This document shows, one piece after another, positions 28,101 through 41,112 of a stretch of DNA of 64,000 nucleotides; the stretch's first letter is position 1; each line of letters opens with the position of its first letter. The stretch spans positions 23,126,001 through 23,190,000 of the forward strand of contig CM060733.1 in NCBI GenBank assembly GCA_030704615.1, given 5' to 3'. The translations under genes and the position numbers were made by a program. The notes beneath the pieces are model-generated. The model saw only the letters and a program-made list of their open reading frames with translations. It had not been told where the DNA came from and did no database searches. The DNA comes from Takakia lepidozioides (taxonomy: Eukaryota; Plantae; Bryophyta).

Positions 28101-31100
28101 TAGGAGCTCAAAATAGACTGGGAGCAGTTGGTGGCACTTGGAGGCTGTTTGAAGATTTTCTGTGCGAGGTGCATGAAGTCCAATTTTCGCATCAGCTTTC
28201 ACAGGAGACAGGGAAGAGTTACTAGTTGACAATTCCTGTGAATGTTGGCTATGTTGTACTCTTAGGGCACATCTCCCAAGGATATCAACCCTTCCTGAGC
28301 TGTTGTCAGGATGGTAACCTCAAGGGTATGAAGCCCAACCCAAAATGCCATCAGAGTCGATTCCCGTTGCATTGACATCATTTCTCGAACAGCATTGGGA
28401 GGCCAAAGGACCCAAGGGACAGAGAACCATGCTTTGGCATGTGACAAAACAAATCCATTTGGCCTGGAGGCCAATGCCTCATGCAGGCAGGAGGCAAGGC
28501 AGTTTGGATCTTCATAGCTAAGGCTCAGCCAGTCTAGGAGAATCTCCAAGAAAGAGAGAGAGAGAGAGAGAGAGAGAACCTCTGTTGGTGCGTCACAGGG
28601 CCCAGGGGAGACATGTTGAGACAATGAACCAAACCATAGACCAAATGCAGAGAAGGGGAGGCTAGGCTGCCAGATCATGATTCTGCTCCAACCCAAGAAC
28701 TGTAGGGCAATGCTTATTCTAAAAGGATGGTCTGGAACAACTTACTAGCCTGGTAGGCTGATTGGAAAACTGGTCAAATCCAACCCATTGAAAGACAATG
28801 ACATCAAGTTTTTTCTTGCAGGTGAGCCCCCAAATGCAGCAGGTACACTCCCAAGGCTTTAAGATGTTTATTGCAGGATCTGAACCCTGATTGACTATCT
28901 CATGACTTTGCTTGGGGGCCCACCTCCATCAGAATTTTAAAGTAAAAGTGCCAAGAATGCTCTAACTCATGCATTTGGTCAAACTGCAAATGATATTCCA
29001 GTGAGGAATGTACTGCAAGGCTCAACCCATTGTCTTATGGCTTATGTGAGGGGGGGAGAGACTGTCCACGCATTTGGCCAAACAAGGGTAACAGTTGTGC
29101 ATGAACACAGGTCCATAGAAACCATACACTCTTGCCCATTATACCTGGATGCATTACACAGCCAGATAAAATTCACACGTGAAGTAGAGAGGCTGTATGT
29201 GCGTTGGATGTAGTATATTTATAATCTTTAGAACCGATTTCTCCACTAAGTGCAACATTCAACTGAGTTACCTGACTCTCAATGATATTTCACCAACCCA
29301 ATGTGCAAAAGACAAGTGGGGCGTCAAATAAATACAAGGAACATTTTCTTAACATGGAGATTAACCTCTAAAGGCCTAAGCTACCCGAATTGGGTCGCAG
29401 CCATTTTCATTCAGGGAATATGAGGGTCCCAAATCTTGGCGCGGCTGTTCCTGAAGGTCGGGGAAAAAGGAGACGATTGGACCGGCCAATGGGGATGGAG
29501 GGCAGGCCTGTTGGAATAGGTGAAATAGAAGGACAGCTTTAGAGGGTAGTATAGAAGTAGGAGATTGGGCCTGCTCATAGTTCTAGAGCGTTGACAACCA
29601 AGTTGTAGCCCACTGGTAATGGGCACATACCACCTCGGAAGTAGTTGTGCGTTCAATTCACCCTTGGTGTCACAAAGGTGTCCATTACTGCGGAAGGCAG
29701 TAACCCTTGGGGGTAAGAGACACCATAATTTACGCCTCCTTGGGGAGGCGTAAAAAATTATTATTATTCTAGAGCGTTCTTAACCCCTAAAGGACGACGT
29801 GGGTCACAAATCGCGTAGTTTTTTCACTTAGCTGTCAGGATGGTATGTGATGGAGGTGGGCCCCCAAGCAAAGTTGTAGCTTATAGTGTGAGCTATTGAA
29901 TGCACTAAACGCGGTGCCATTTGGATTACTACAATGCCGCCTAGGATTTTTGACATCTGTAAAAGTACATATTTTGTGTGGTATGAGCGTGTTGACTACA
30001 TGACGTGGACCAATGATCGCCTAGGGCCCACATCCCCTCATCCAAACTTGGAAATTCCAATTGTGAATTGGTGCATTCTCTTTGTATTCCTACCTGGCTT
30101 CTATTCACGGTTGAAATTTTCAATTTCAGTTCTGCTGCTTGCTGCATCCAAGCCTTGTTCTTTTTTCCCACAGGTACTCTTAACCCCTAAAGGACGACGC
30201 AACCCGAATCGGGTCGCGTCAGATTACTTGCCACGCTCCAGTTCCCATGGATGATAGTGGATGGAAGTGAACCTTGAAGATGAATTGTAGATGTCAGAGA
30301 TGAGCACATGTGGGAATTTACAGCGCCAAAAAATCATAAAAGCTCTGCTCCCTAGAATTTTGCAAAGTGCCAGGGTTTCAGGAAATCCAGTGTTAGAGCA
30401 CCATTGACCTACCTACCTGGCAGCCAAATGGGCAATCTTCAAGATAACATCTAGGGCTGAAAATTTTTCGCAATGCCAAAATTTTTGGACAAGGCCACAT
30501 GAAATTTATTGTGCACTTACTTACCAAAGGAATTGGAAAACAGGGAGAGAGAAGACTCCGGCCAAGCCGACGTAACTACGAGCCACTTCGCCTCACGGCT
30601 ACTGCCCCCTTCCGGGGTGGGCCCTATAAACAACGCAGGTGTTCAGGGGCAACGACGCAATGGCGTGAGCGTTGCGCGTGAGCACGCGAGCGTACGCTCA
30701 CGCAGGAGTGACGTGGCGTGAGCGTACGCTCACGCCAGCTGACATGGCGTGAGCCTGCACACACGCTGACGTGGCGTGAGCGTCATGTCAGCATGCTGAT
30801 GTGGCGGTAAATGATGACGTGGCACTGTCCGTCATCTGCCACGTCAGCATTAACATGCGCCGCCTATAACCGTGGATGGTCCTATGACCGTGGAATTAAT
30901 GCAGGGAATCTTGCCTAAATAGAATCAAGACGAGCGTTGAGGCCTACAATTGCAGCATCCAACATTGTGCAATTACAAATGCTTGTTTCACTTTTACAAT
31001 TACGAAGACGACAAAAAAATATCCTCACAAAATGTGCGCCATAAAGGCTGCCACGGGAAGACCTTCCTCCCTCCTCAAATAACAATGAGAGTTTGATCAT

Positions 31101-31256
31101 CTTCAAAAGATGATTGTAGTGCATAGCGACAGCAAGACATGTAGACTTCGAACGGTGCAATGATCTACCTAAAAGTTGTCACTCAGAACTCACTCCGTAT
31201 AGTTGGAGGCCATATCATTCATTGCACGCCGACGAATTGATGTGAATTACACATTT

Positions 31257-34200
31257 CAATCATGGTCGTCCACATACCACATTGCATAGTTGATGCTACC
31301 CATGTGTTGTATCCGCTGCAAAAGAGTATCGACCTCGTTGAAACTCATAGTGGCCTGGTGAATGAAGTTGTCACGTTTGGGATCGCAAACCATCCTCTTC
31401 AAAAATATGAAATACAAATGTTTGCAGGTATGAATTTACCTCTTGCCCAAACTGGTTGATAGCATATTCACAAAATCAGGACATGTGCAATTGGGGAAAT
31501 TGGAAACCGTGATGTCGTAGGTCCTGTCATGAACAGCAGATGTGGAAGTGATGATTGTGAATACCCGACCATATCCTGGATCGGGTACTTCCGTGGTGCT
31601 TCCAACACGAGCTTGGAGCATTCTTGCGGACTCCACTTTGCCAAAGTGTTCAGCGGTTGGAGGGAAACGCCGAACGAGCTTTCCATCTCGTTTGGTTGGC
31701 CACAAGTCAGGATTTGCCGGGGGACCCCGGGAGGACGCAGAAGTAGTAGCACATGCATGGAGTTGGGGTTGTCTCGCAAGGGAAAAACCTGCCTCCTCCA
31801 GCATTTCAATCTCCTGAAAGCTGAGATGTGTTCCCACCTTCACGGGCCAAACGGTTGGAGGAGATGGCTTCATCACTACGGAAGGACGCACAGTTCCATG
31901 CACACATCTGGCACAAATCTGCGCAGAACCAGAACTTGTGGTTCTTGGCTTCTGGTTGACCGTATGGACGCATCAAGCCCGTGAAAGTCGGAGCAGGAGT
32001 TCGGGCACCACCTCTGGATATAGATGAAGTGCACTTCTCGAAATTAGTTGCCCTGATCGCTGTACATTTCACACGAGACCCTACACTTGTGCGTTCTATG
32101 TGCCAAACGTGGTCGGGGCATGCGGACTCAAGCACATCAAGGGGGTTGTTTCTCTCCTGCACCATTTCAGTGGCACTGTTTGATGCTGGAGCTTGCCGTC
32201 GTGTTGGAGGTTCCTCCACAATGGAGGTTCCGGACATGGAGCTGTCATGCAGGGAACACGAGGCTTCGAGAAGTTATCACGGTCTGCCCTGTGGGAATCT
32301 GAATCCGAACCAGGTGGAGTGTTCAATTTCCTCTTACAGGAGCCGAATCTCTCCTCCCCTTCAAGATGTGGAACTCTAGAAACAAGTGGCGTTCCCTGGG
32401 CATACATGCTCACCGCCCGTGCTATCTTGATTGGATCCCCAGATCTGTTTGCAGCACGCAACATCAACTCCCATTTGTCCGGACCCTTGCCACCAACCCC
32501 ACCTCGTAAGAAATCACGGTATCGGGTTTGTTGTTGCAAGGCACGTATCAAATCATCTGTTGTTGCCACATACAAATCCCGACCTCGTTTCCCAGACTGC
32601 TGCAACCATGCGTTGTGCACAGTTTTGCCAAATTGCAAGATGGCATGTCCGCCATTTCCTCAATGGACATGTTCTGCAAAGTGAGAACCACACTTCAAAA
32701 CAGTGAACAGAAACAACATAAAGAAAGCAATGAGGAAAAATGGAAAGCAAATGTATGAATAAAGCAATAAATATAAGCCTCGTACCAATGGCATGGCTGC
32801 TCCCCACTGTCTATACCGGAAGTGCCAAAACGCCAGCCAATCTTCCAATGCTCTCATACTCTCAAGTGATGCAGCTCCAGAAGAGAACCACCAGGCACGA
32901 ATTGTCTGGAACAAAGTGTCCGCCTCCTTCATTGTTCTAGCATCTTTGTACTCTTTGCACAATTTACGGTGCTGAGTCTGCATCTCTGGTTTGATGTCCG
33001 ACTTTGTATGTTTTTCCAGAGATTGTGTCCAATGGAATAGACATGTACGCTCTCTTCCTGGCATTGGCACTTTTGGGTCGCCCGATCCGAAGACAATACG
33101 AACAGCATTGAAATTTGCTTGAGCACTATCCGCCATGAAACCTGCGAAAATTTGGAGATGGGCCATGGCAGCCCATGACACGTATCAGGGAATTCCACAT
33201 GAGCTTCTGGGATTCCGTATCCTCGGATTGCATGTCACAAACTGCAATTGTCATAACTCGTTGGTACACTGGATCGTAGACATGACAAGCCATTGTCGTC
33301 CAATCCTTCACTCGTTTCACATGATCAAACATAAGAAAACAGTTCTGCAAGTCCCCAGTCTTCTGCATCCGCTTCACGAGGCTAACCCCACTGCCCTCCC
33401 CAACAGTCGACATTTTGAAAAGAAAAACTTTGATGGCACCTTGACCTGGGAATACATTGTCCTGGATGTAATCGTACTTGCTCACTCGTTTCAATTCCAA
33501 AATATTGTCTATGTAGCCTCTGATCCCAGAGCCCATTCTCAATGCATTGATCTGATGCCGAATGTTAGGTGAACTTAAAAGTGGAGAAATGATCCATGAC
33601 CAGGTCCAATGCTGCACCGTCAAGTTTAGTCCCCACAGAATCCCCTTCACTCAAAATATGGCTTTCCAAGAAGGACTTGCTTGCGCCAAGAGCAATTGCA
33701 GATGTTGTTGCGGATGGGTTTCTCCCGAACTCCTGTTTAATCAACCTCGATACTGTCTCAACACTCTCCCTGTAATCCCCCTTCGAGACAGGATGGTTAT
33801 GGAATCCGAAATGCACACAAGCTCTTGTCATTGTTTTTGTGGACAACATAGTACATTCTTGCTCCGCAGAGCGCCAAGCAGGATGGCACAAGTTTGCAGA
33901 ATTTGCAGACGAAAGTGTTTGCCGGTGGAGGGGCAGTCCCAGGCTGAAATGGATTTTCCGCCAGACCCTCCCATTCGCTTTGATTATGAACCCCAGACTG
34001 AAGAAAGTGTCTGCAATTCAAATTATCACACCTAAGGTGTCCATTGCAAACTGTCCTCCTGAAAACAAGCTTGTCATCATTCTGAATATTGGATGTTTTT
34101 GTTCTGCACCACGGGTGCCCGTCGTGTTTCTTGTCCATTCCATGCATCATGATTGTTACACCTCCAACTCGCGGAGGCAGCTCGAATAGGATATCGCCAT

Positions 34201-34970
34201 CAAAAGTCTCCGGCAAGAACTTCACAGGCACCTGCTTCAAAGATTCCCAATCAATTCCCCGCAACTCACTTTTGAATCCAGCCATTCCTCCCATCGCCCG
34301 CAATTTTGGAATGACACTAAAATCTCTTCTTCATCAGCTTCTCCAACCACAGTAGGAAGGACTGGATTTGGAATTTCACTTATGTCATCATCGGAAGAAT
34401 CCGAAAGCTCAACGATTGGAGTGGAGGACGTCTGTTCTTTTTTCACCACCACCTCCCTCTTGTCTTCAACGACCGAAGCAGCAGTCCCGGGCGTCACATA
34501 TGACCAAGGGACTTCGCCGAGGCTCTCCAAGTACTCTGTATCGACCAGGACGCACTCTCCACTGGCTGATATGAGCGTCTCATCACGGTTTTGGAAAGAT
34601 TTCAACAACTTCCCTTTAAGATCGTACCTCTTTCTCCAAAAAGATGGAGCCATTCTGCAGCTGAAAACGGGTAGCCAAGACATGTTCCAGAACAATTGCA
34701 AATCCATTGTCAAGGACTTCCTGGGGAGAACGGCACTGGTTTGTCGTCAGAGAAGAACTCCGCTTCAGAGGAAGCCATCTTCCTTCCTCGTAGCTACGAC
34801 TGTGCATATTATGTTATTCTTTCCAGATATGCAGCCGTCCATTTTAATTACTTTTCTTGTGGGCCCAGTGGTCAGAGTATCCCTAGGAGCAGTGTCGGCA
34901 GCTGTTAAACCGTTAACCAGAACCTCATCAATAAACCCAATAACAAAGCCGACTTCCTGGAAGCATGCCA
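31257..34970 (-). pseudogene. MULE-type DDE transposase with N-terminal GCM/WRKY-like Zn domain and C-terminal SWIM; several frameshifts
   Basis: DGHPWCRTKTSN...CNGHLRC...CKFC...GFHNHP (GCM-like); FLMFDHVKRV (D1), GFMADSAQAN (D2), CLFHW (CxxH), TVHNAWLQQSG region (E expected); CTCPDF...CKH (SWIM). Confidence 0.8.
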
Positions 34971-35533
34971 CAGGATCTGAGGATGGGATTGCAGATTAAG
35001 TAAATGTATCTTTATACTACTACCAATGATCATGCGCACCTGGAAAGTTCCAAATGTGAAACGAATGTGGGGTTTGGCTAACAAGGATGACCGTGTATGA
35101 TATTCCAAATTTGTCATCAAACTCTCGTTCATTTACATTTATTTGTGTAAGACTGTGCGCCAAGATTTCTGGGATTCGCTGTTATTTTTAAATATTGAAA
35201 CCGTTCTAATAAAGAACACGCCGTTTTTTTTGGGCGACACACGTCAGACATCCATAACTGAATACGAACAGCTGTACACCAATTGCTGGCATGTGCACTA
35301 ATAAGGGAACGACTATGTGTAACGGTCACGCGAGAGGGAATCCGATGCTTCTAGAGACACGCAAGAACGCAGGCAATCCGCAAGAAATCGGGAGTCACTG
35401 CGTTTTTCTACTTTTCGCGCTTAGAGAGAGAGTGGTAGTCAAGCTGGAGAGGGTTCCTTCTACAATACGAAAGAGAAGAAAGTCTCTTTATTTTACTTCC
35501 CTTAGAGAGAGACGCAGAGCAGAGAGAGAGCAA

Positions 35534-38500
35534 ATGACGAGGCGTCGTTTGTTGGAGAACACAGGGCCAAGGCAGCAGGTGAACGCGGAGACTGATTCAC
35601 AAGAGCAGACGGAGACTGAGGCAGCGGCTGTGACACAGTCGGCGATAAGAGTGCGCCAGCCTGTGGAGGCAGAGATGATTCGCAGGGACACTGAAGGAGG
35701 TGGAAGCACGCGGAACGCCGAACCGGGAGAAGGTCCAGAAACCCTAGAGCAGACAGAAATTCCAGCAGATGTGAGAGGGAAGAGGAAAGCTGCAGAAGGG
35801 GATCCAATTTCAAAACCTAAGAAGGCGCCAGTAAGTTTTATCTAACTTACATTTCATTGTTGAAGATATGCGTAGAGATTGAGTGGAATGTCCCAGACAG
35901 GGATTGTCGCTACCGACCATCACAAAGGTGATTCTTTCTACTCCTCTGCTAAGGGTTTACCGCACAATGAGTGGGTGACTATCGGTACAGTCATTCACTG
36001 TTGTTCAGATCATACAGTCTGTCTGATTGCCTTTCAGTCCTTCCTCTTCCCTTCTTTAGCAGGAACTACTGAATTGCGAGCGTCGTTAACGCCATTCGAT
36101 TCTCCTCATGAGATATGTACCGGTCGGCATACCGTCAATCATCGTTGTTCAGATACAGTCTGTCTGATTGCCTTTCAAGCAGTCCTTCCTCTTCCCATGC
36201 TGGCGACGGTAATCACATGGAGTCAATCTGAATAATCTGCACTTACTGTCCGCCCTAAACTATACTGAATGTCGTTGCCGCCAATCACTTGCACATAGAT
36301 GTCATTACACAACACCGATCCGGCAGGTCGTTATCTTTTGTGATTGTCGTTAACGCCGTTCGCTATCGCTCTCGCTTTTGTTTTGAATACGGCAGGTATC
36401 AGCTTTGCTTGTGTAGATTGTGCTGAATTGTTTCACACCATTCATAGTGAGTTTCTTGAGACAGAGTGATGGTCGTTACCGCCATTCACTATTTGCAAAT
36501 TACTCAGTCAGAACTGAATGGCATCGTGCAGAAAACTGTGAGGTCGAAGCCTACAGGATCAGAGGGGAAAGGATCTGGAGATGGGGACGAGTCCGCAAAA
36601 AGCTCAGAGAATACAGATGAAGCAGATGAATCTGAAGTGCACTACCTTGACAAGGTGAAAGAACTCATGTCATTCCAGAAGGTAAACTCTCAGGAGGTTA
36701 TAAGGGACATGCTCGTATCTGGAGGGCGTCTGGACATCCCTCTGTGCCGGATGATATCAATGCCTGTTGTGCGTCCACCTCTTTCCCATGACATAACAAA
36801 ATTGGAGAGTGATTTTGTGCATGGATATAGACTTGGTGCACAAGTTTTTTATGTGTCACTGACGGATATAAATGGGAAAAGCACATTAGTGTCTCCAGAG
36901 ATCAGTGATAACTGGGATGAGTGCTGGAAAGATGCCAATGAGGAGTTCGAGCTGGGCCTCATGATGGGAAAGAACACCCAGCAATTCTGCAACCACATGT
37001 TCTACGTCTGGGACGGCAACCACCGATTGCTGGCATGGATGGGATACATTCAGAAACACCATGCGAAAGACAAAGACAAGCATGTTGCTGTGGAGGCAAT
37101 GGTTTTGGATCCTGGAAACGACATCGCTAGGCTTCTTACAGCTATGCACGACGTGAACAAGTAAGTCATCCAGGAGATTTCATTCCCTCTGTAGTGTGTC
37201 TTATTAATCCTCAAAAAACAGTGTTAAGGAATGCAATGTTTCCAATGTTTTTGCAGATCGACAGAGAAATCGCATGTGACAACAAGCTTGGTTCACACAC
37301 TATTCCGAATTCAGAGGATTGGTCTGATGAAGCTGGATGATTTTCGGACAGTACTACCACCCAATATCATCAAGAAGTGCGAAACAGGAAGAGCTGCAGG
37401 CACTTGGTATTCTTTGACACGAGAGGCGTTTCTGGAGTACATGTATGCGGTAAGCCCGAGTCTGTACTGTTTACTTTTCGAATACATGTTTGTAGTCCCT
37501 TCGGAGCTAATCACTACTTGAATCAATGCAGCAGAACTGGCAGAGGCAGCTGAGAAGGGAAAATCCGAATATTACCGCACTACACCAGAGGAACTAAGGA
37601 CATCAAAGGGTGTGGAAGCTGCAATAAAGAAGGAGTTTTGAAATGCGAGAACCAAATTGATGTCCGCCTTCGGAAAGCAGCTTAGAATAGTAGATCCTGG
37701 ACTTGGTCCTGAGTTCCTTCAGCAGATCAAAAAACACACTATGACAAGCATGTGCATCCGGAGATGCAGCAGGAGAAATTGCACCGGCTGGCCATATCGA
37801 TGGTCGACCCACAAAAAAAAAATAAGGTGGCTGGAGATATGGAACTCAGATCAAACAGTAAAGGACTTGAATCAGTTCCCAAAGAGCACCATACAGCCTG
37901 GCACAAAGGTGGAAGGAATCAGTGATTTGGTGTTTGATAACTGGCTCCACAAGGCTACATTTTGGAGTCAGGTGTGTATTCAAACATGCCGTTTTCTTCT
38001 CTTCAAGTATGTGATGAGTATCTTATTTGCAATTCTGACAAATATACTATTTGCAGCTCGAAAAGCGCGCCGTCATTGTGCTGGATCAGACTTTGAAGGA
38101 CCTGAACATTTCGATTGTTTCCCCTCCCCAAATGTCATTGGAGGCATACATAAGGAAGTGGAGAGGTCTCACCTGGAGATACTGTTTTTTTCCGGGAGTT
38201 CTCAAAGATGGTAACATTTTACGGTCCAACGACTTGACAGTCAGGTTGGAGGAGAGTGGGCCATGATGCGAGTTGTGTACAGGTGCATGTCATACTTGAA
38301 ACTCTACTGTTTTTTTTTGGGAAAAAATGTGGCTTCATAAGGATTGCAATCATAGATCCAGATTGAATGTCGTTGAACGACATTCACTTCTTTGTCTGAG
38401 AGTCATTCTTAAGCGAGTAATATGAATTCACCTGGTTATGATCTAAGGGTTAATTATAGTGTCCCCTGATTAGAATTGATAATGTCCTTTGAAGGCCGTT

Positions 38501-41112
38501 GACGACATTCACATCCGGAGTTGTTGAGAGGTCCTCAGAGTTATGTAAATTTTGTAATGTCCATAGAGGTTACAGTGAGGGTTCCTCACTTCATATTGCT
38601 GAATGTCAATGCAGACCATTCAGTTGTTCTACATTGTTTTTGCCCTCTGCGAGGAATCTTGGAGGCTTGATAAGCTCTGTTATGAGAAATCCAAAGTGAA
38701 TGTCGTTGACGACATTCACTTCTGTGTCTGTATTATTCAACAGCGACAATTTGAATTTACATGGATTGGGAGCTAAGTAATTGGTTCATTGTTGGTATTT
38801 TTGTGAATGGCGTTGACGCCATTCACATACAGTGTTGTTGTGAGGTCCTCAGTGATATGTTCGTTATGAATGTGCATTGAGTTTTCCTGGAGGGTTCCTT
38901 ACTCGAGTTTAATGATTTCCATCCTGTGATTTTGCTTCATTTGAGGAATAATTAGGCTTGATTAGTGAATGTCGTTGACGACATTCACTTCTATGTCTGT
39001 GTCATTCCAAAACGATAGTTTGCATTCACCTGGATTAGGGTGTATTTACAGTATCATTGAATGGAATGTTTTGAATGGCGTTGACGACATTCACATCTGG
39101 AGCATTCGTGTGGTCCTGAAAGGTCCTTGGAGCAGTTCTCAGAGCCATTTCAATCTATGTTTTTTTCATTCTGTTCTACTTGCATCTTACTCACTGAGCG
39201 CTTTTGTGGGTTGGGATTTATCTCCTTTTTTCAGGTACACGAAATATGTGCTTATGGAAGGAAATCACTTGAGCGGAATTCCAGACTATCTTGACATGTG
39301 GTCGGACCCTGCAAACGATCCAACCATGTATACTGCAGGGATATTGAAGGACTGGAGTCCTTCTCACTTCAGAGACTGTGAGTGGTACCTTGACTGCCCA
39401 CCGGAGCACACGACCTTTCAAGAACAGCATATGAAATACTTGAACAATAACGCTGAGATGCTGGCACCTTTGACTGACGAAGAGTACCAACGAAACATAG
39501 CAACATTGGCTGCCAAGGAGCCTGATGCTCAGGGAACGCCGCAGAAGGGAAAGAAGGCGGGCCGCAAACCAAAAGGCAAGGCTGTTGATGTCATAGCCAT
39601 CTCACCAACAAAGCCAAAGGACAAAGACAAGTCCAAAGAGAAGGAAAATGACAAGGGGAAGGAGAAAGAAAAGGAGATGGAGAGTGGGCAGGACTTTACT
39701 GCTGGAAGATATACCCGCACTGTTCAGTGGTGTTCGATGCCAAGCCACACCCTTCCCGTTCTGATTCGGCAGGAGAGATGAAAATTGTTAATGAGGGTTG
39801 GCTGTCGATGATGCAGAGTTGAAAGAGAGGATACACTGGGGTGCCATCGCCTACCTGGGACAATATAATCTCATTCCTCAATCTGGTGAGAATTCCAGTT
39901 TCTTTCCTTTTTCTCTGAAAGTTTCGTTGGCAGTATTTCAGTCTCGTTCTTTGAAACATTCTTGCTTTCGTTCTTATAAAAAACATGTCTGATCCAGGTG
40001 AGCACAGGTCCCACCTTCGTGTGCGGTGTGCAGAAAACTTATGCGGCTGACATTGTCATTCTCGACATTCCGGATGGCCAGGCTGTGCCAGAAGTTCTTC
40101 CAAAGGGCAAGACGCCAGGCTGGAACAAATTCGAGGACAACTACTGGAGTTGGGTGTTCGGGTTCTGTAATAACTTCCTCTCTGATGCAGGGACACTTCT
40201 GCTTTTTCAGTCATGTGACAATGATAGTCGTCGGGCATTGGCATCATACCTCAAGTCTTCAGGGTTTGAAGTTTTGCGCACATGGAATTGTGTGAACAGC
40301 CTCTACCTTGTGAAAGGGGGTTTCCCTGGTCAGCTGGTATGCCGTCTCCCTTCTGCTTGTGCTTTCATGATGAGTTTCAATGTTCTCTGCAGCTCCACTC
40401 TAGTAGAATCTGTTATGATCGACAACGATCATCACCGATTCGTGATAAAAATGATTTTTTGTGTCTGAGTTCTGAATAGCCGATGTACACACTTCCACTA
40501 TAGATTGTGTTTACCACACTAACCTGCTATCTTTGGCAGACGAGGATGTTCGAGGCGATCTGCCTGCGGAGGATTCGCACCTCAAAGACACCATCCTCCA
40601 TCCGCAGCTTTGAGATTTCTGACCAGGGTTGTTTCGTCACCCCCCCCCCCCCCCCTTGTCGATGACATTTTGTACAACTTCATGCAGTCCAGTCAGACTC
40701 TGAAGAGACCAGATGGCACTCCCTGGAGAGGTGCAAAGGAAAAGTCCCCAGCGTTCATGCAAATACTGCTGGAGTCATGCAGCCACCGCTCTGCACGGGT
40801 GGTCGATCTTTCTGTGTCCACAGGTTCGTTCTTTCCCTTCCGAATTGGTTTTATTTCAACAGTTTCATCTGTTTAAATCCCCCCCACCAAATTGTTCATG
40901 TCCTCTTGTGTGGTGCAGGAGCAACTTACCATGCATGCAAGGCAGGCGGAAGAAGCCTTTTTGGCATGGAGGGTGATTCTGACCTCTACAACACAGTGCT
41001 CCTCCCCCTTTTGTCTGGCTCCACTTCAGGCACACAGACTGATCGGATTCAAATTCGAAATGATGACGATCCCGAAGATAAGCAGGTCGACAACGACTTT
41101 TCATGTGAGTAA
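35534..41112 (+). CDS. Spliced accessory gene of MULE-1: ParB/Srx-like domain plus beta-class DNA amino-methyltransferase-like C-terminus (disrupted copy)
   Basis: Exons ~35534-35830, 36508-37160, 37257-37449, ~37532-37970, 38057-38282, 39235-~39885, 40034-40335, 40540-40823, 40919-41112; FYVWDGNHRLLAW; ADIVILDIPDG; FLSDAGTLLLF; EKSPAFMQILLESCSHRSARVVDLSVSTG|ATYHACKAGGRSLFGMEGD; in-frame TGA ~37640 and frameshifts. Confidence 0.7.
38364..39093. repeat. Six copies of the palindrome GTGAATGTCGT-TG-ACGACATTCAC in three degenerate ~270-330-bp units (intron of the accessory gene)
   Basis: Copies at 38364, 38490, 38694, 38803, 38964, 39072. Confidence 0.85.
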
